64,000 nt of DNA from Candidatus Poribacteria bacterium (GTDB lineage: Bacteria > Poribacteria > WGA-4E > WGA-3G), in NCBI GenBank assembly GCA_965205015.1, contig OZ242029.1, positions 4,032,001 to 4,096,000 on the forward strand, given 5' to 3'. The position numbers and the translations under genes are program-made. Shown piece after piece: positions 55,661 to 64,000 of this stretch (positions within the stretch are counted from its first letter, which is position 1; every line of letters begins with the position of its first letter). Under the pieces are notes generated by a model. It was given only the letters and a program-made list of their open reading frames with translations, was not told where the DNA came from and ran no database searches.

Positions 55661-57673
55661 ATGAGAATTTCTATTTTCCTGAGATTGACACTACTGACAC
55701 TCTTTATCTGCTGTTTCTCGGCTATCGCTCAAGATTCCACCCAATTCAGTCTACCCGAGGGGGCAATCGCACGGCTCGGTAAAGGAACGTTAGGCAAAAT
55801 CCATTTCTCTCCGGATGGCAGTCGATTTGCGGTTTCGAGTTCTATCGGTATCTGGTTCTATGATCCAAAAACCGGTAAAGAATTAGAGCTGCTGCGGTAC
55901 ACAGACGGGGTCTCTCCTTTCGCGTTTGCGTATTCACCCGATGGAAACACCATCGCCAGTGCGGGCACCAACGAGATGACAGTGATAACAGGAACACGCG
56001 AGGCGAGGCTTCCGTCAATTTCTGGGCATGTAGTACAGATGCGCGATGTTACAACCGGAGAGAAAAGAACGACAGTCAGCGTCCAGACCCAGCGAGTTGC
56101 TAACATCGTATACGCGCCCGATGGAAACACGATCGCGACGGCAAGAAAGCAGGACCACACGGTCTATTTGTGGGACACTGCGACAGGAAAATCCAAGGGA
56201 ACACTCCAAAGGGTGGGGAGAGGAAGCGTTCAGTCTTTCGTATATGCACCCGATGGGAAGACGATCGCGACGGCTGGTGGTTGGACAGGCACCTTTGTGC
56301 AGGTGTGGGACGCACAAACGGGTGCCCACAAAAAAACATTTACTGGACATACGAAGCAAGTCAATGCCGTTGCATATTCACTTGATGGCAAGACGCTCGT
56401 TTCTGGGAGCACAGATGGCACAGTGCGGCTGTGGGAGGTAACCACCGGAGCACAGAAAGTCGTTCTGGGACGGACGAGTTGGATTAATTTTCTGTTTCCG
56501 TGGCTGAATCCCCCTGTTAATTCTGTGGCATATTCACCCGATGGGAAGACCGTGGCTGCTGCAAGTTGGGATCGCAAATTACGCTTATGCGATACACGAA
56601 CAACAAAACTTAAAGCAACACTTATTGGACATACGGGTCCAGTAGACGCTGTCGTATATTCACCCGATGGAAAGACAATTGCCACTGCTGGAGGTTGGGA
56701 AGACCATACTGTGCGATTATGGGATGCTCGCACGGGTGAAACCACAGCCGTTCTCACAGGATATACCCATATCAGTTCTGTCGCATATTCGTCTGATGGC
56801 AAGACGCTCGCCACGGGTGGGGGATCTCGTAGCAACTCACTGCAGTTGTGGGATGTTCCGACAAGGAAACGCAAAACGACATATACCGAACACACGGACG
56901 GCATGCTCTCTTCTATCGTGTATTCGCCTGATGGCAAGACGCTCGCTGCGGTGGACCTGGAAAATGATACGGTTCGGTTGTGGAGTAGCGGAACGGGCAA
57001 ACACAAAGCCACATTCAAACATACCAACGCAAGGCGTGAGTACGACATATCCTCGGTGGTATACTCACCCGATGGACATACCCTTGCTGTCGTCGGCGGA
57101 TATTATAAACAGCATAAAGGGACGGTGTACCTCTGGCACGTGCAGACACGGAGACGCAAGATCATATATGAAGGACCCGATTATATATCTTCGGTAGCGT
57201 ATTCGCCAGACGGCAGAACGATCGCTACCGGAAGCTGGAACGGCAAGATACAGGTGTGGCATACTGTAACGGGTGAGGAACTTAAAGCAATCCCTACAAA
57301 ACACAAAGGCGGGGTCGAGTCATTAGCCTATTCACCCGATGGAAAGACCCTCGTTTCTGGTGGAGGCTATCGCGACGATCTTGTGCAATTGTGGGACGCA
57401 ACAACGGGGGAACATAAAACCATACTCAGGGGACATACGCAGACTGTCAGTGCTGTCGTGTATTCACCCGATGGTAAGACGATCGCTTCTGGGAGTACAG
57501 ATGGCACGCTTCGTCTCTGGGATGCGATAACAAGGGAACACAAAGCCACTTTCACCGCACATACGGACATCGTTTCTGTCGTGTATTCACCTGACGGAAA
57601 GACGATCGTTACCAGAAGTACCGACGGCACAGTACTCCTCTGGAAAATCAAACCGATAACTGATAGCCATTAA
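55661..57673 (+). CDS. Secreted WD40-repeat protein without a C-terminal Ig/dockerin tail
   Basis: Signal AIA-Q; LPEGAIARLGKG; YSPDG-type repeats. Confidence 0.9.
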   Translation: MRISIFLRLTLLTLFICCFSAIAQDSTQFSLPEGAIARLGKGTLGKIHFSPDGSRFAVSSSIGIWFYDPKTGKELELLRYTDGVSPFAFAYSPDGNTIASAGTNEMTVITGTREARLPSISGHVVQMRDVTTGEKRTTVSVQTQRVANIVYAPDGNTIATARKQDHTVYLWDTATGKSKGTLQRVGRGSVQSFVYAPDGKTIATAGGWTGTFVQVWDAQTGAHKKTFTGHTKQVNAVAYSLDGKTLVSGSTDGTVRLWEVTTGAQKVVLGRTSWINFLFPWLNPPVNSVAYSPDGKTVAAASWDRKLRLCDTRTTKLKATLIGHTGPVDAVVYSPDGKTIATAGGWEDHTVRLWDARTGETTAVLTGYTHISSVAYSSDGKTLATGGGSRSNSLQLWDVPTRKRKTTYTEHTDGMLSSIVYSPDGKTLAAVDLENDTVRLWSSGTGKHKATFKHTNARREYDISSVVYSPDGHTLAVVGGYYKQHKGTVYLWHVQTRRRKIIYEGPDYISSVAYSPDGRTIATGSWNGKIQVWHTVTGEELKAIPTKHKGGVESLAYSPDGKTLVSGGGYRDDLVQLWDATTGEHKTILRGHTQTVSAVVYSPDGKTIASGSTDGTLRLWDAITREHKATFTAHTDIVSVVYSPDGKTIVTRSTDGTVLLWKIKPITDSH

Positions 57674-57690
57674 AAAAACAGGAGATTGAT

Positions 57691-58695
57691 ATGAACAGAC
57701 CACCAGAAGCCTTCGTTCACGTAGACGAAGAGCGTTTGCTTAACTTTTCTACCGCTTGTTTTGAAAAAGCTGGTATTACACACGAACACGCCGCACTCAT
57801 CAGCCGCTTGCTCGTCAATTCCGACTTACGGGGTGTCCGGAGTCACGGTACCCGAACCGTCAACGGATATTGTGGCGGTTTTGAAAACGGGAGTTTCAAT
57901 CCCAACCCCGATATCCGTGTCATCCGTGAAACGCCAACCGCTGTCGTGTTGGATGGCAACGGTACCCTCGGCTATCTCCCGATGGTGCGCGCCACCGAAC
58001 ACGCCATCGCCAAAGCGAAAGAGGTCGGCATCGGGATGGGGCTCGTCCGCTACATTGGACACTACGGATCTGCAGGACACTATGCGCGTATCTGTAACGA
58101 AGCCGGGTGTATCGGTTTTTCAGTGCAGGGGTATCAGAACCAAGGCAACGCTGAAAACCAAGACCCGAAACCGCAACTCGGCTACTACGGCAATCCACCC
58201 ATCTGTTTCGCGATCCCCGCTAACGAGGAACCCCCGGTCGTGCTGGATGCCGCAACCTGTATCATGGCGGATTACCAACGCGGTCCCGATTTCGATACCC
58301 TGCTTTCGATGATACCAGCGGCTTTCTTCAAGAGCGTCGGCTACACCGCCGTCGCGAGTCTGCTCGGGGGTGCTTTAACCGGTTTCACTGAACCCCCACC
58401 CGAAGATACCGCAAAATGGGGTGGGGCAGGCATGGGCGGAATGGTGCTCGCTATAGACATCGAATCCGTTGTGCCATCTGCTGTTTTCCACGCCGAAGTC
58501 GACCGCATGGTGCATGATGTTCGTGAAACTTACGAACCGATGCCGGGGACAGACAGAGCGCTCCTACCGGGTGCGATCGAAACGGAGCGCACGGAACAGC
58601 ATCGTCGTGACGGCATCCGTTACGGTGAGATGGAACAGGAATCCGCCCGCGGAGTCAGTGAACGGTTAGGGGTGCCACTCCCTTGGGACGAATAA
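57691..58695 (+). CDS. Ldh_2 family (type 2 malate/L-lactate dehydrogenase-like) oxidoreductase, copy 1
   Basis: DLRGVRSHG, LDGNG.LG, HYGSAG.Y, GNPPI, LDAAT and LPG. Confidence 0.9.
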   Translation: MNRPPEAFVHVDEERLLNFSTACFEKAGITHEHAALISRLLVNSDLRGVRSHGTRTVNGYCGGFENGSFNPNPDIRVIRETPTAVVLDGNGTLGYLPMVRATEHAIAKAKEVGIGMGLVRYIGHYGSAGHYARICNEAGCIGFSVQGYQNQGNAENQDPKPQLGYYGNPPICFAIPANEEPPVVLDAATCIMADYQRGPDFDTLLSMIPAAFFKSVGYTAVASLLGGALTGFTEPPPEDTAKWGGAGMGGMVLAIDIESVVPSAVFHAEVDRMVHDVRETYEPMPGTDRALLPGAIETERTEQHRRDGIRYGEMEQESARGVSERLGVPLPWDE

Positions 58696-58714
58696 CCTTG
58701 CTCAGGAGGAAAAC

Positions 58715-59716
58715 ATGAATAGACCACCAGAAGCTTTCGTCGTCGTAGATGAGGAACGACTTCTCAACTTCTCTACCGCTTGCTTTGAGAAAGCCGGCGT
58801 TCCCCATGAACACGCCGCACTCATCAGCCGCTTGCTCGTCAATTCCGACTTACGGGGTGTCCGCAGTCACGGCACGCAGACTGTGAATCGGTATTGTGCA
58901 GGCTTTGAAAACGGAAACCTCAACCCGAACCCGGATATCCGCATCATCCATGAGACACCGACTGCTGTTGTGCTTGATGGCAACGGCACGCTCGGCTATC
59001 TCCCGATGGTGCGTGCCACCGAACACGCCATCGCCAAAGCGAAAGCGGTCGGCATCGGAATGGGACTCGTTCGTTACATTGGACACTACGGGTCTGCAGG
59101 GCATTATGCACGTATGTGTAACGAAGCCGGATGCATCGGTTTTTCGGTCCAAGGATCCCGGAACCACGGCAATGCCGGAAACCAAGACCCGAAACCGCAA
59201 CTCGGCTACTACGGCAACCCACCCATCTGTTTCGCCATTCCCTCCGATGAGGAACCCCCGGTTGTGCTGGATGCTGCAACCTGTATCATGGCGGATTACC
59301 AACGCGGTCCCGATTTCGATGCCCTGCTTTCGATGATACCCGCTGCTTTCTTCAAGAGTATTGGCTATACCGCCGTGGCACACCTCCTTGGTGGTGGACT
59401 CACCGGCTTCACGGAACCCCCACCGGAGGACACCGCAAAATGGAAACCTCCACAAGGTGGAATGGTCCTCGCCATAGATATCGAATCCGTTGTACCACTT
59501 GATGTTTTCCGTGCCGAAGTCGATCGGATGGTGCACGACGTTCGTGAAACATACGAACCGATGCCGGGAACCGACAAGGCACTCCTACCCGGAGCAATTG
59601 AAACGCAACGCACAGAACTGCATCGGCGTGAAGGCATCCGTTACGGGGAAGCGGAACAGGAATCCGCACGTGCGGTCAGTAAACGTTTAGGCGTGCCACT
59701 CCCTTGGGACGAATAA
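58715..59716 (+). CDS. Ldh_2 family oxidoreductase, copy 2
   Basis: Close tandem paralog of copy 1. Confidence 0.9.
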   Translation: MNRPPEAFVVVDEERLLNFSTACFEKAGVPHEHAALISRLLVNSDLRGVRSHGTQTVNRYCAGFENGNLNPNPDIRIIHETPTAVVLDGNGTLGYLPMVRATEHAIAKAKAVGIGMGLVRYIGHYGSAGHYARMCNEAGCIGFSVQGSRNHGNAGNQDPKPQLGYYGNPPICFAIPSDEEPPVVLDAATCIMADYQRGPDFDALLSMIPAAFFKSIGYTAVAHLLGGGLTGFTEPPPEDTAKWKPPQGGMVLAIDIESVVPLDVFRAEVDRMVHDVRETYEPMPGTDKALLPGAIETQRTELHRREGIRYGEAEQESARAVSKRLGVPLPWDE

Positions 59717-59722
59717 CTTTTA

Positions 59723-59847
59723 TCGGACTTACGCAGGCCGCTCTTTTGTAGCATAGGAGACCTTTAGTTTCCTCTGCTACGAGAACGTCTGCGTTTTTTA
59801 TACGCGCGCTCATGGCACCGGCGTTGATCAAAATTGCGTCCATCCTG
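59723..59847. mobile_element. Degenerate inverted-repeat element (GGACTTACGCA...TGCGTCCATCC) with internal GTAGCA...TGCTAC hairpin
   Basis: 14-bp imperfect stem at 59748-59780; the outer ends match only partially. Confidence 0.45.
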
Positions 59848-59993
59848 TTTTATACTGTTGTAGAAGAAAGAAAATCAAAAAACAGATGAGATTTTCATTG
59901 TCTTTTTTTGGAAAATGTTGCATACTTTCTTACAGGATTTTTGGATACCCCAAGATAGCCTGTCTATATGACATTGCCAAAACACGTGTTCCA

Positions 59994-60018
59994 GTAGCAG
60001 TGATCTCCGAATCGCGAC
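59994..60018 (+). repeat. GTAG-type REP-like element
   Basis: Related to 17932-17956; GTGAT/ATCGC stem. Confidence 0.55.
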
Positions 60019-60125
60019 ACTCAACAGAAAATCGGTAGAAAACCGAAAACTGAATGGCTCTGGAAGAGGGTACCTAATATACTATTTTTTATCTTTGAGT
60101 TTTACATTTTAAGAAAGGTTTCGTT

Positions 60126-62831
60126 ATGCACACTCCTATTAAAACCAGATTTTTATTTTACACATTCACATTGCTTATATGCCTCAATTCCTTTTTCATA
60201 AGGAACACCGCTGCACAAGTCAGCGATGAACCCGTTGTCGCACCCGCCAATGCCAACTATACCTTTGAGACGATCGACGTTCCCGGTGTAGACTTCTTAG
60301 CAGTGACGGCAAGTAGCGACTTTGAGGACTACGCCGGCAACACCCCGAGTGCGGATGGTGAAAAAATGGTCGGTTTTACACTCATTGATGGCGTTTTTAC
60401 CACCCACGATTTCCCTGGGGCACAAGGCACGTATTTCTATGCGCTCGGTAATAATGGGGTCGCCGCTGGACACTACCAGGATAGCAACGGACTGTACCAC
60501 GGTGTCATCTTAGGAGAAGATGGTGAGTTGCGGCAATACGATTTTCCAGGTGCCGTCGAAACCCAAATCTTCGGTTATAGTGACGCCACCGGGAGACTGA
60601 CGGGTAATTTTACAGATACGTCCGGCGTTCGTCGTGGATTCTCAGGAGAGACAATAATTGAGTTCCCGGGGGCAACGGAAACTTATGCCGATTTTGTGAG
60701 CAGCTTAGGAAATGTCGTGGGTAGCTACGTAGATGCTGAAGGTACATATCATGCATACCTACGGGGTCCGAGCGGTAGTTTTGCAACATTCGACCTTCCA
60801 CTCGAAGGAGAGTTGGACTACTTTTTTCTCCACGGTCTCAACGATAGAGTGATTGCTGTTGGCCGCGCCAAACCGGTAGAGGGTGTCCCGCGCACTTATG
60901 TCGGCAACTTCCTCAACCTACAAGAATTACGGGTTCCGGATAGCGTTGGCACAGAGGGGTGGAATGTCAATCAGGACGGTTCCGTCGTCGGACACTATGA
61001 CTCCGCCGATGGGCGCAGACACGGATTTATTGCAAGACCCGTCCAGGACACTGCCCCACCAGTTAGCAATAGACGATCTGGCGCACCGCCCGGCTTTACT
61101 TTTGAGAGTATTGATGTTCCGGGTGTAGCGTTTTTAGCGTTGACGGCGAGTAGCGACTTTGAGGATTACGCTGGCTACACGAAAAGTGCCGATGGTGAAA
61201 AAATGGTCGGTTTTACGCTCATTGATGGGGTTTTTACCACTTATGATTTCCCGGGTTCGCAGAACACCTATTTCTATGCGCTCGGTAATAATGGGGTCGC
61301 CGCCGGACACTACGAGGATAGCGAAGGTCTCTACCACGGTGTCATCCTACAAGATGGCGAGTTGCGCCAATACGATTTCCCAGGTGCTGTTGAAACCCAA
61401 ATCTTCGGTTATAGTGATGCGACGGGTGCACTGACGGGTAATTTCATAGATGCTTCGGGTGTTCGCCGTGGTTTCTCAGGAGATTCAATAATTGAAGTCT
61501 CCGGAGCATCAACAACTTATGCCAATTTTGTGAATTGGACAGGCAATATCGTGGGTAGCTATGCTGATGCTGCAGGCATATATCACGCATACGTACGGGG
61601 TCGGACGGGTAGGTTTGTATATATCGACCTTCCAACAGTACTCAATCTGGAATACTTTTTTCTCCACGGTAACAACGAATCAAGAAGTGTCGTTGGCCGC
61701 GCGAAAGAGGTGGGGGATGTCCCGCGCACTTATGTCGGCAATCCCCTTAATCTACGTGAGTTGCGGTTTCCGGGCAGCGTTAGCACGGAGGGCTGGAATA
61801 TCAATCAGGACGACTCTGTCGTTGGGTACTACGACTCACCGGATGGGCGCAGACACGGGTTCATCGCAAAACCCGCTGATGAGACAGAGAGCCATCATTT
61901 TGGCAACTTCTACACTGTTACGCTCTCAAAAGGGTTGAACATGCTCTCTGTACCACTGGCATCTCCAACACCGATGAATGCGAAATCACTCGTCGCTATG
62001 GCAGGGGCGACAACCATCATCAGGTTTGATGCGCCAAACCAAAAATTCGTTGCGTGGACCCCAGATGCACCCAATGATGGTTTCTCAATTGAGGGTGGAC
62101 ACGGCTATATCGTTAATGTTCCAGAAACTCGTAACTTCGCCTTCGTCGGCGCACCGTGGACGGATCCAGTTCCAGAAACAACGGAGGTTTCCGCTGCCGC
62201 ACCCTCTGCGCTCTCTACAGGGAATCCCCAAGCAGCGTGGGCATTCGTTGTGAGTGGGAATTTGGCAGGCAAACCCGCACTTCTTGACGGATACAAAGTC
62301 ATCGTCCGCAATCTGAGAACAAACACCACCATAACCGCCGCAGTGCAAGGCGATTACTTCGCCGCCGCAACTGCCGATTTACAAAAACGGAGCGTCGTCC
62401 AAGTTGGAGACGTGGTTGAGCTGCGCGTTATCGGTCCGAGTGGAAACTTTGAATCACAAACTGTGAGTTTTGAAGTGACCCCTGAACATTTGGCGAACGC
62501 TGTTCTATCTGTCAGACTTGATGGCATAGGTCAACCGGAACAGAACCTGTTGCTACAGAACTACCCGAATCCGTTCAACCCTGAGACTTGGATTCCCTAT
62601 CAACTCTCGGAAGGCAGTCCCGTATCAATATCCATATACGATACAACAGGTAAGTTAGTTCGCACGCTTTCGCTGGGTTTTCAATCCGCGGGCTTCTACA
62701 ATAGTCAGGGACGTGCGGCGTATTGGGATGGGCGCAATGCCCTCGGGGAACGTGTTGCGAGTGGTATCTATTTCTACCAGCTGACAACCCCCTCCTTCCA
62801 GCAAACACGGCGGCTCGTCATTCTAAAGTAA
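60126..62831 (+). CDS. Secreted protein with two ~280-aa beta-repeat (HAF-like propeller) domains and a C-terminal FlgD-Ig-like domain
   Basis: Signal TAA-Q; duplicated FE.IDVPGV.FLA.TASSDFEDYAG...DGRRHGFIA; LSKGLNMLSVPL and QNYPNPFNPETWIPYQL. Confidence 0.85.
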   Translation: MHTPIKTRFLFYTFTLLICLNSFFIRNTAAQVSDEPVVAPANANYTFETIDVPGVDFLAVTASSDFEDYAGNTPSADGEKMVGFTLIDGVFTTHDFPGAQGTYFYALGNNGVAAGHYQDSNGLYHGVILGEDGELRQYDFPGAVETQIFGYSDATGRLTGNFTDTSGVRRGFSGETIIEFPGATETYADFVSSLGNVVGSYVDAEGTYHAYLRGPSGSFATFDLPLEGELDYFFLHGLNDRVIAVGRAKPVEGVPRTYVGNFLNLQELRVPDSVGTEGWNVNQDGSVVGHYDSADGRRHGFIARPVQDTAPPVSNRRSGAPPGFTFESIDVPGVAFLALTASSDFEDYAGYTKSADGEKMVGFTLIDGVFTTYDFPGSQNTYFYALGNNGVAAGHYEDSEGLYHGVILQDGELRQYDFPGAVETQIFGYSDATGALTGNFIDASGVRRGFSGDSIIEVSGASTTYANFVNWTGNIVGSYADAAGIYHAYVRGRTGRFVYIDLPTVLNLEYFFLHGNNESRSVVGRAKEVGDVPRTYVGNPLNLRELRFPGSVSTEGWNINQDDSVVGYYDSPDGRRHGFIAKPADETESHHFGNFYTVTLSKGLNMLSVPLASPTPMNAKSLVAMAGATTIIRFDAPNQKFVAWTPDAPNDGFSIEGGHGYIVNVPETRNFAFVGAPWTDPVPETTEVSAAAPSALSTGNPQAAWAFVVSGNLAGKPALLDGYKVIVRNLRTNTTITAAVQGDYFAAATADLQKRSVVQVGDVVELRVIGPSGNFESQTVSFEVTPEHLANAVLSVRLDGIGQPEQNLLLQNYPNPFNPETWIPYQLSEGSPVSISIYDTTGKLVRTLSLGFQSAGFYNSQGRAAYWDGRNALGERVASGIYFYQLTTPSFQQTRRLVILK

Positions 62832-62930
62832 GGGTCATCCGTACCTACTTTTTTAAGGCGAGCTCACGTAATTTTAAATACAAAACAAGCAAGTCCCAGC
62901 GGGACGGCATGTCTATAGAAAGGTTTCGTT

Positions 62931-64000
62931 ATGCATATTCATATTAAAAAAACCAGCATTTTATTTTACATGTTTACGTTGTTCATGTGCCTCAATTTCT
63001 TTTTCCTAAGGAACACCGCCGCACAAGACAACGCTGAACCCGCTGACGCACCTGCCAGTGACACCTATACTTTTGAGACGATTGAGGTTCCGGGTGTAGA
63101 CTTCTTAGCACTGACGGCGAGTAGCGACTTTGAGGACTACGCTGGCTACACGAAAAGTGCCGATGGTGAAAAAGACGTCGCCTTTACCCTCATTGATGAC
63201 GTTTTTACGACCTATGAGTTCCCGGACGCACAGAATACTTATTTCTACGCGCTCGGTAATGATGGGCGCGCTGCGGGCTACTACGAAGATAGCGAGGGTT
63301 TGCACCACGGTGTTATCTTGGAAAATGGCGAGTTACGTCAATACGATTTCCCTGATGCTGTGCAAACAGAGATATACGGTATTTCTGATGCGACGGGCGT
63401 ATTGACGGGTAATTGGATAGATGCTGCGGGTGTTCGGCGTGGATTTACAGGAGACACCATCCTTGAGTTTCCCGGGGCAATAGCAACATTCGCCGATTTT
63501 GTCAACTCGGATGGTAATTTGTTTGCCAGCTACATAGATGCTAACGGGGTATTTCAAGAATACGCATATTCCTCGGATGGCAGGTATGTAGCTTTTGAAC
63601 TCACAAATGCAGAAAACCTTGAATTCTTTTATGTCCATGGTGTTAACGATGCATTAGTAAGGATCGCCCGAGGTAAAGTGTTCGGTGATGTCATTCGCAC
63701 GTATCTGGGTACATTTACTGACGGTCTACGAGAATTGAAGGTTCCGGACAGTGTTAGCACACAAGGTTATAATATCAATCAGGATGGCTCTGTTGTCGGG
63801 TTCTATGACTCCCCTGATGGACGGAGACACGGGTTTATCGCCAAACCCATTGAAGTCGTTAATCAACCCGTTTTCCAAATCAGTGGTTTCAACTATACTT
63901 ACGAGAGTATTGATGTGCCGGGCGTAGATTTTTTAGCATTGACGGCGAGTTCTGACTTTGAAGATTATGCGGGTTACACGAAAAGTGCCGATGGCGAAAA
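62931..64000 (+). CDS. Tandem paralog of 60126-62831; partial, runs off the window end
   Basis: Not in the ORF track. Same AGAAAGGTTTCGTTATGCA start context; MHIHIKKTSILFYMF...TAAQ...YTFETIEVPGVDFLALTASSDFEDYAG; a second repeat begins near 63890. Confidence 0.85.
   Translation, partial: MHIHIKKTSILFYMFTLFMCLNFFFLRNTAAQDNAEPADAPASDTYTFETIEVPGVDFLALTASSDFEDYAGYTKSADGEKDVAFTLIDDVFTTYEFPDAQNTYFYALGNDGRAAGYYEDSEGLHHGVILENGELRQYDFPDAVQTEIYGISDATGVLTGNWIDAAGVRRGFTGDTILEFPGAIATFADFVNSDGNLFASYIDANGVFQEYAYSSDGRYVAFELTNAENLEFFYVHGVNDALVRIARGKVFGDVIRTYLGTFTDGLRELKVPDSVSTQGYNINQDGSVVGFYDSPDGRRHGFIAKPIEVVNQPVFQISGFNYTYESIDVPGVDFLALTASSDFEDYAGYTKSADGE

Noticed and set aside
41316-57651. Long antisense ORFs over WD40 genes (e.g. 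41316-42167, 46891-47733, 56230-57048)
   Set aside because: Mirror translations of repetitive coding sequence, with no independent RBS or domain signal.
59813-59828. Second sigma54 promoter TGGCACCGGCGTTGAT
   Set aside because: The -12 GC is missing, it lies inside a repeat element, and it is ~300 bp from the next start.

Overview
Gene-dense bacterial window with no rRNA, tRNA, CRISPR array or transposase that I can see. The protein families point to Candidatus Poribacteria or a close relative (inference): WD40 arrays ending in 'NYPNPFNPETWIPYQL' Ig-like tails, a 'VxPxxKLxxxWxxLK' C-terminal motif, several PhyH dioxygenases and an ECF sigma with a long C-terminal extension. In order, the window holds: a partial GH129-like hydrolase; a Uma2 gene broken by a 7-bp duplication; an HTH-MBL fusion; DppBC; a two-domain ceruloplasmin-like multicopper oxidase next to a Fe3+ ABC binding protein and permease; DUF4956-CotH; and an RpoE/double-ZAS anti-sigma/RseB operon. 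Next is a ~17-kb locus (18.2-35.3 kb) led by a membrane-anchored ECF sigma whose C-terminal domain is a copy of the secreted propeller proteins encoded behind it, with two giant YCF48/BNR lipoproteins and two ABC-2 permeases. After that come an aspartokinase flanked by three 2OG dioxygenases, a sigma54-preceded array of four WD40 proteins joined by duplicated 70-bp junctions, further secreted proteins and tandem paralog pairs. Intergenic DNA carries a family of ~120-bp TA-bounded inverted-repeat shells holding interchangeable REP-like hairpins. The best candidates for something new are the sigma with a sensor copied from its own cargo, the mini-ceruloplasmin/iron-ABC pairing, and the modular shell-plus-hairpin elements.
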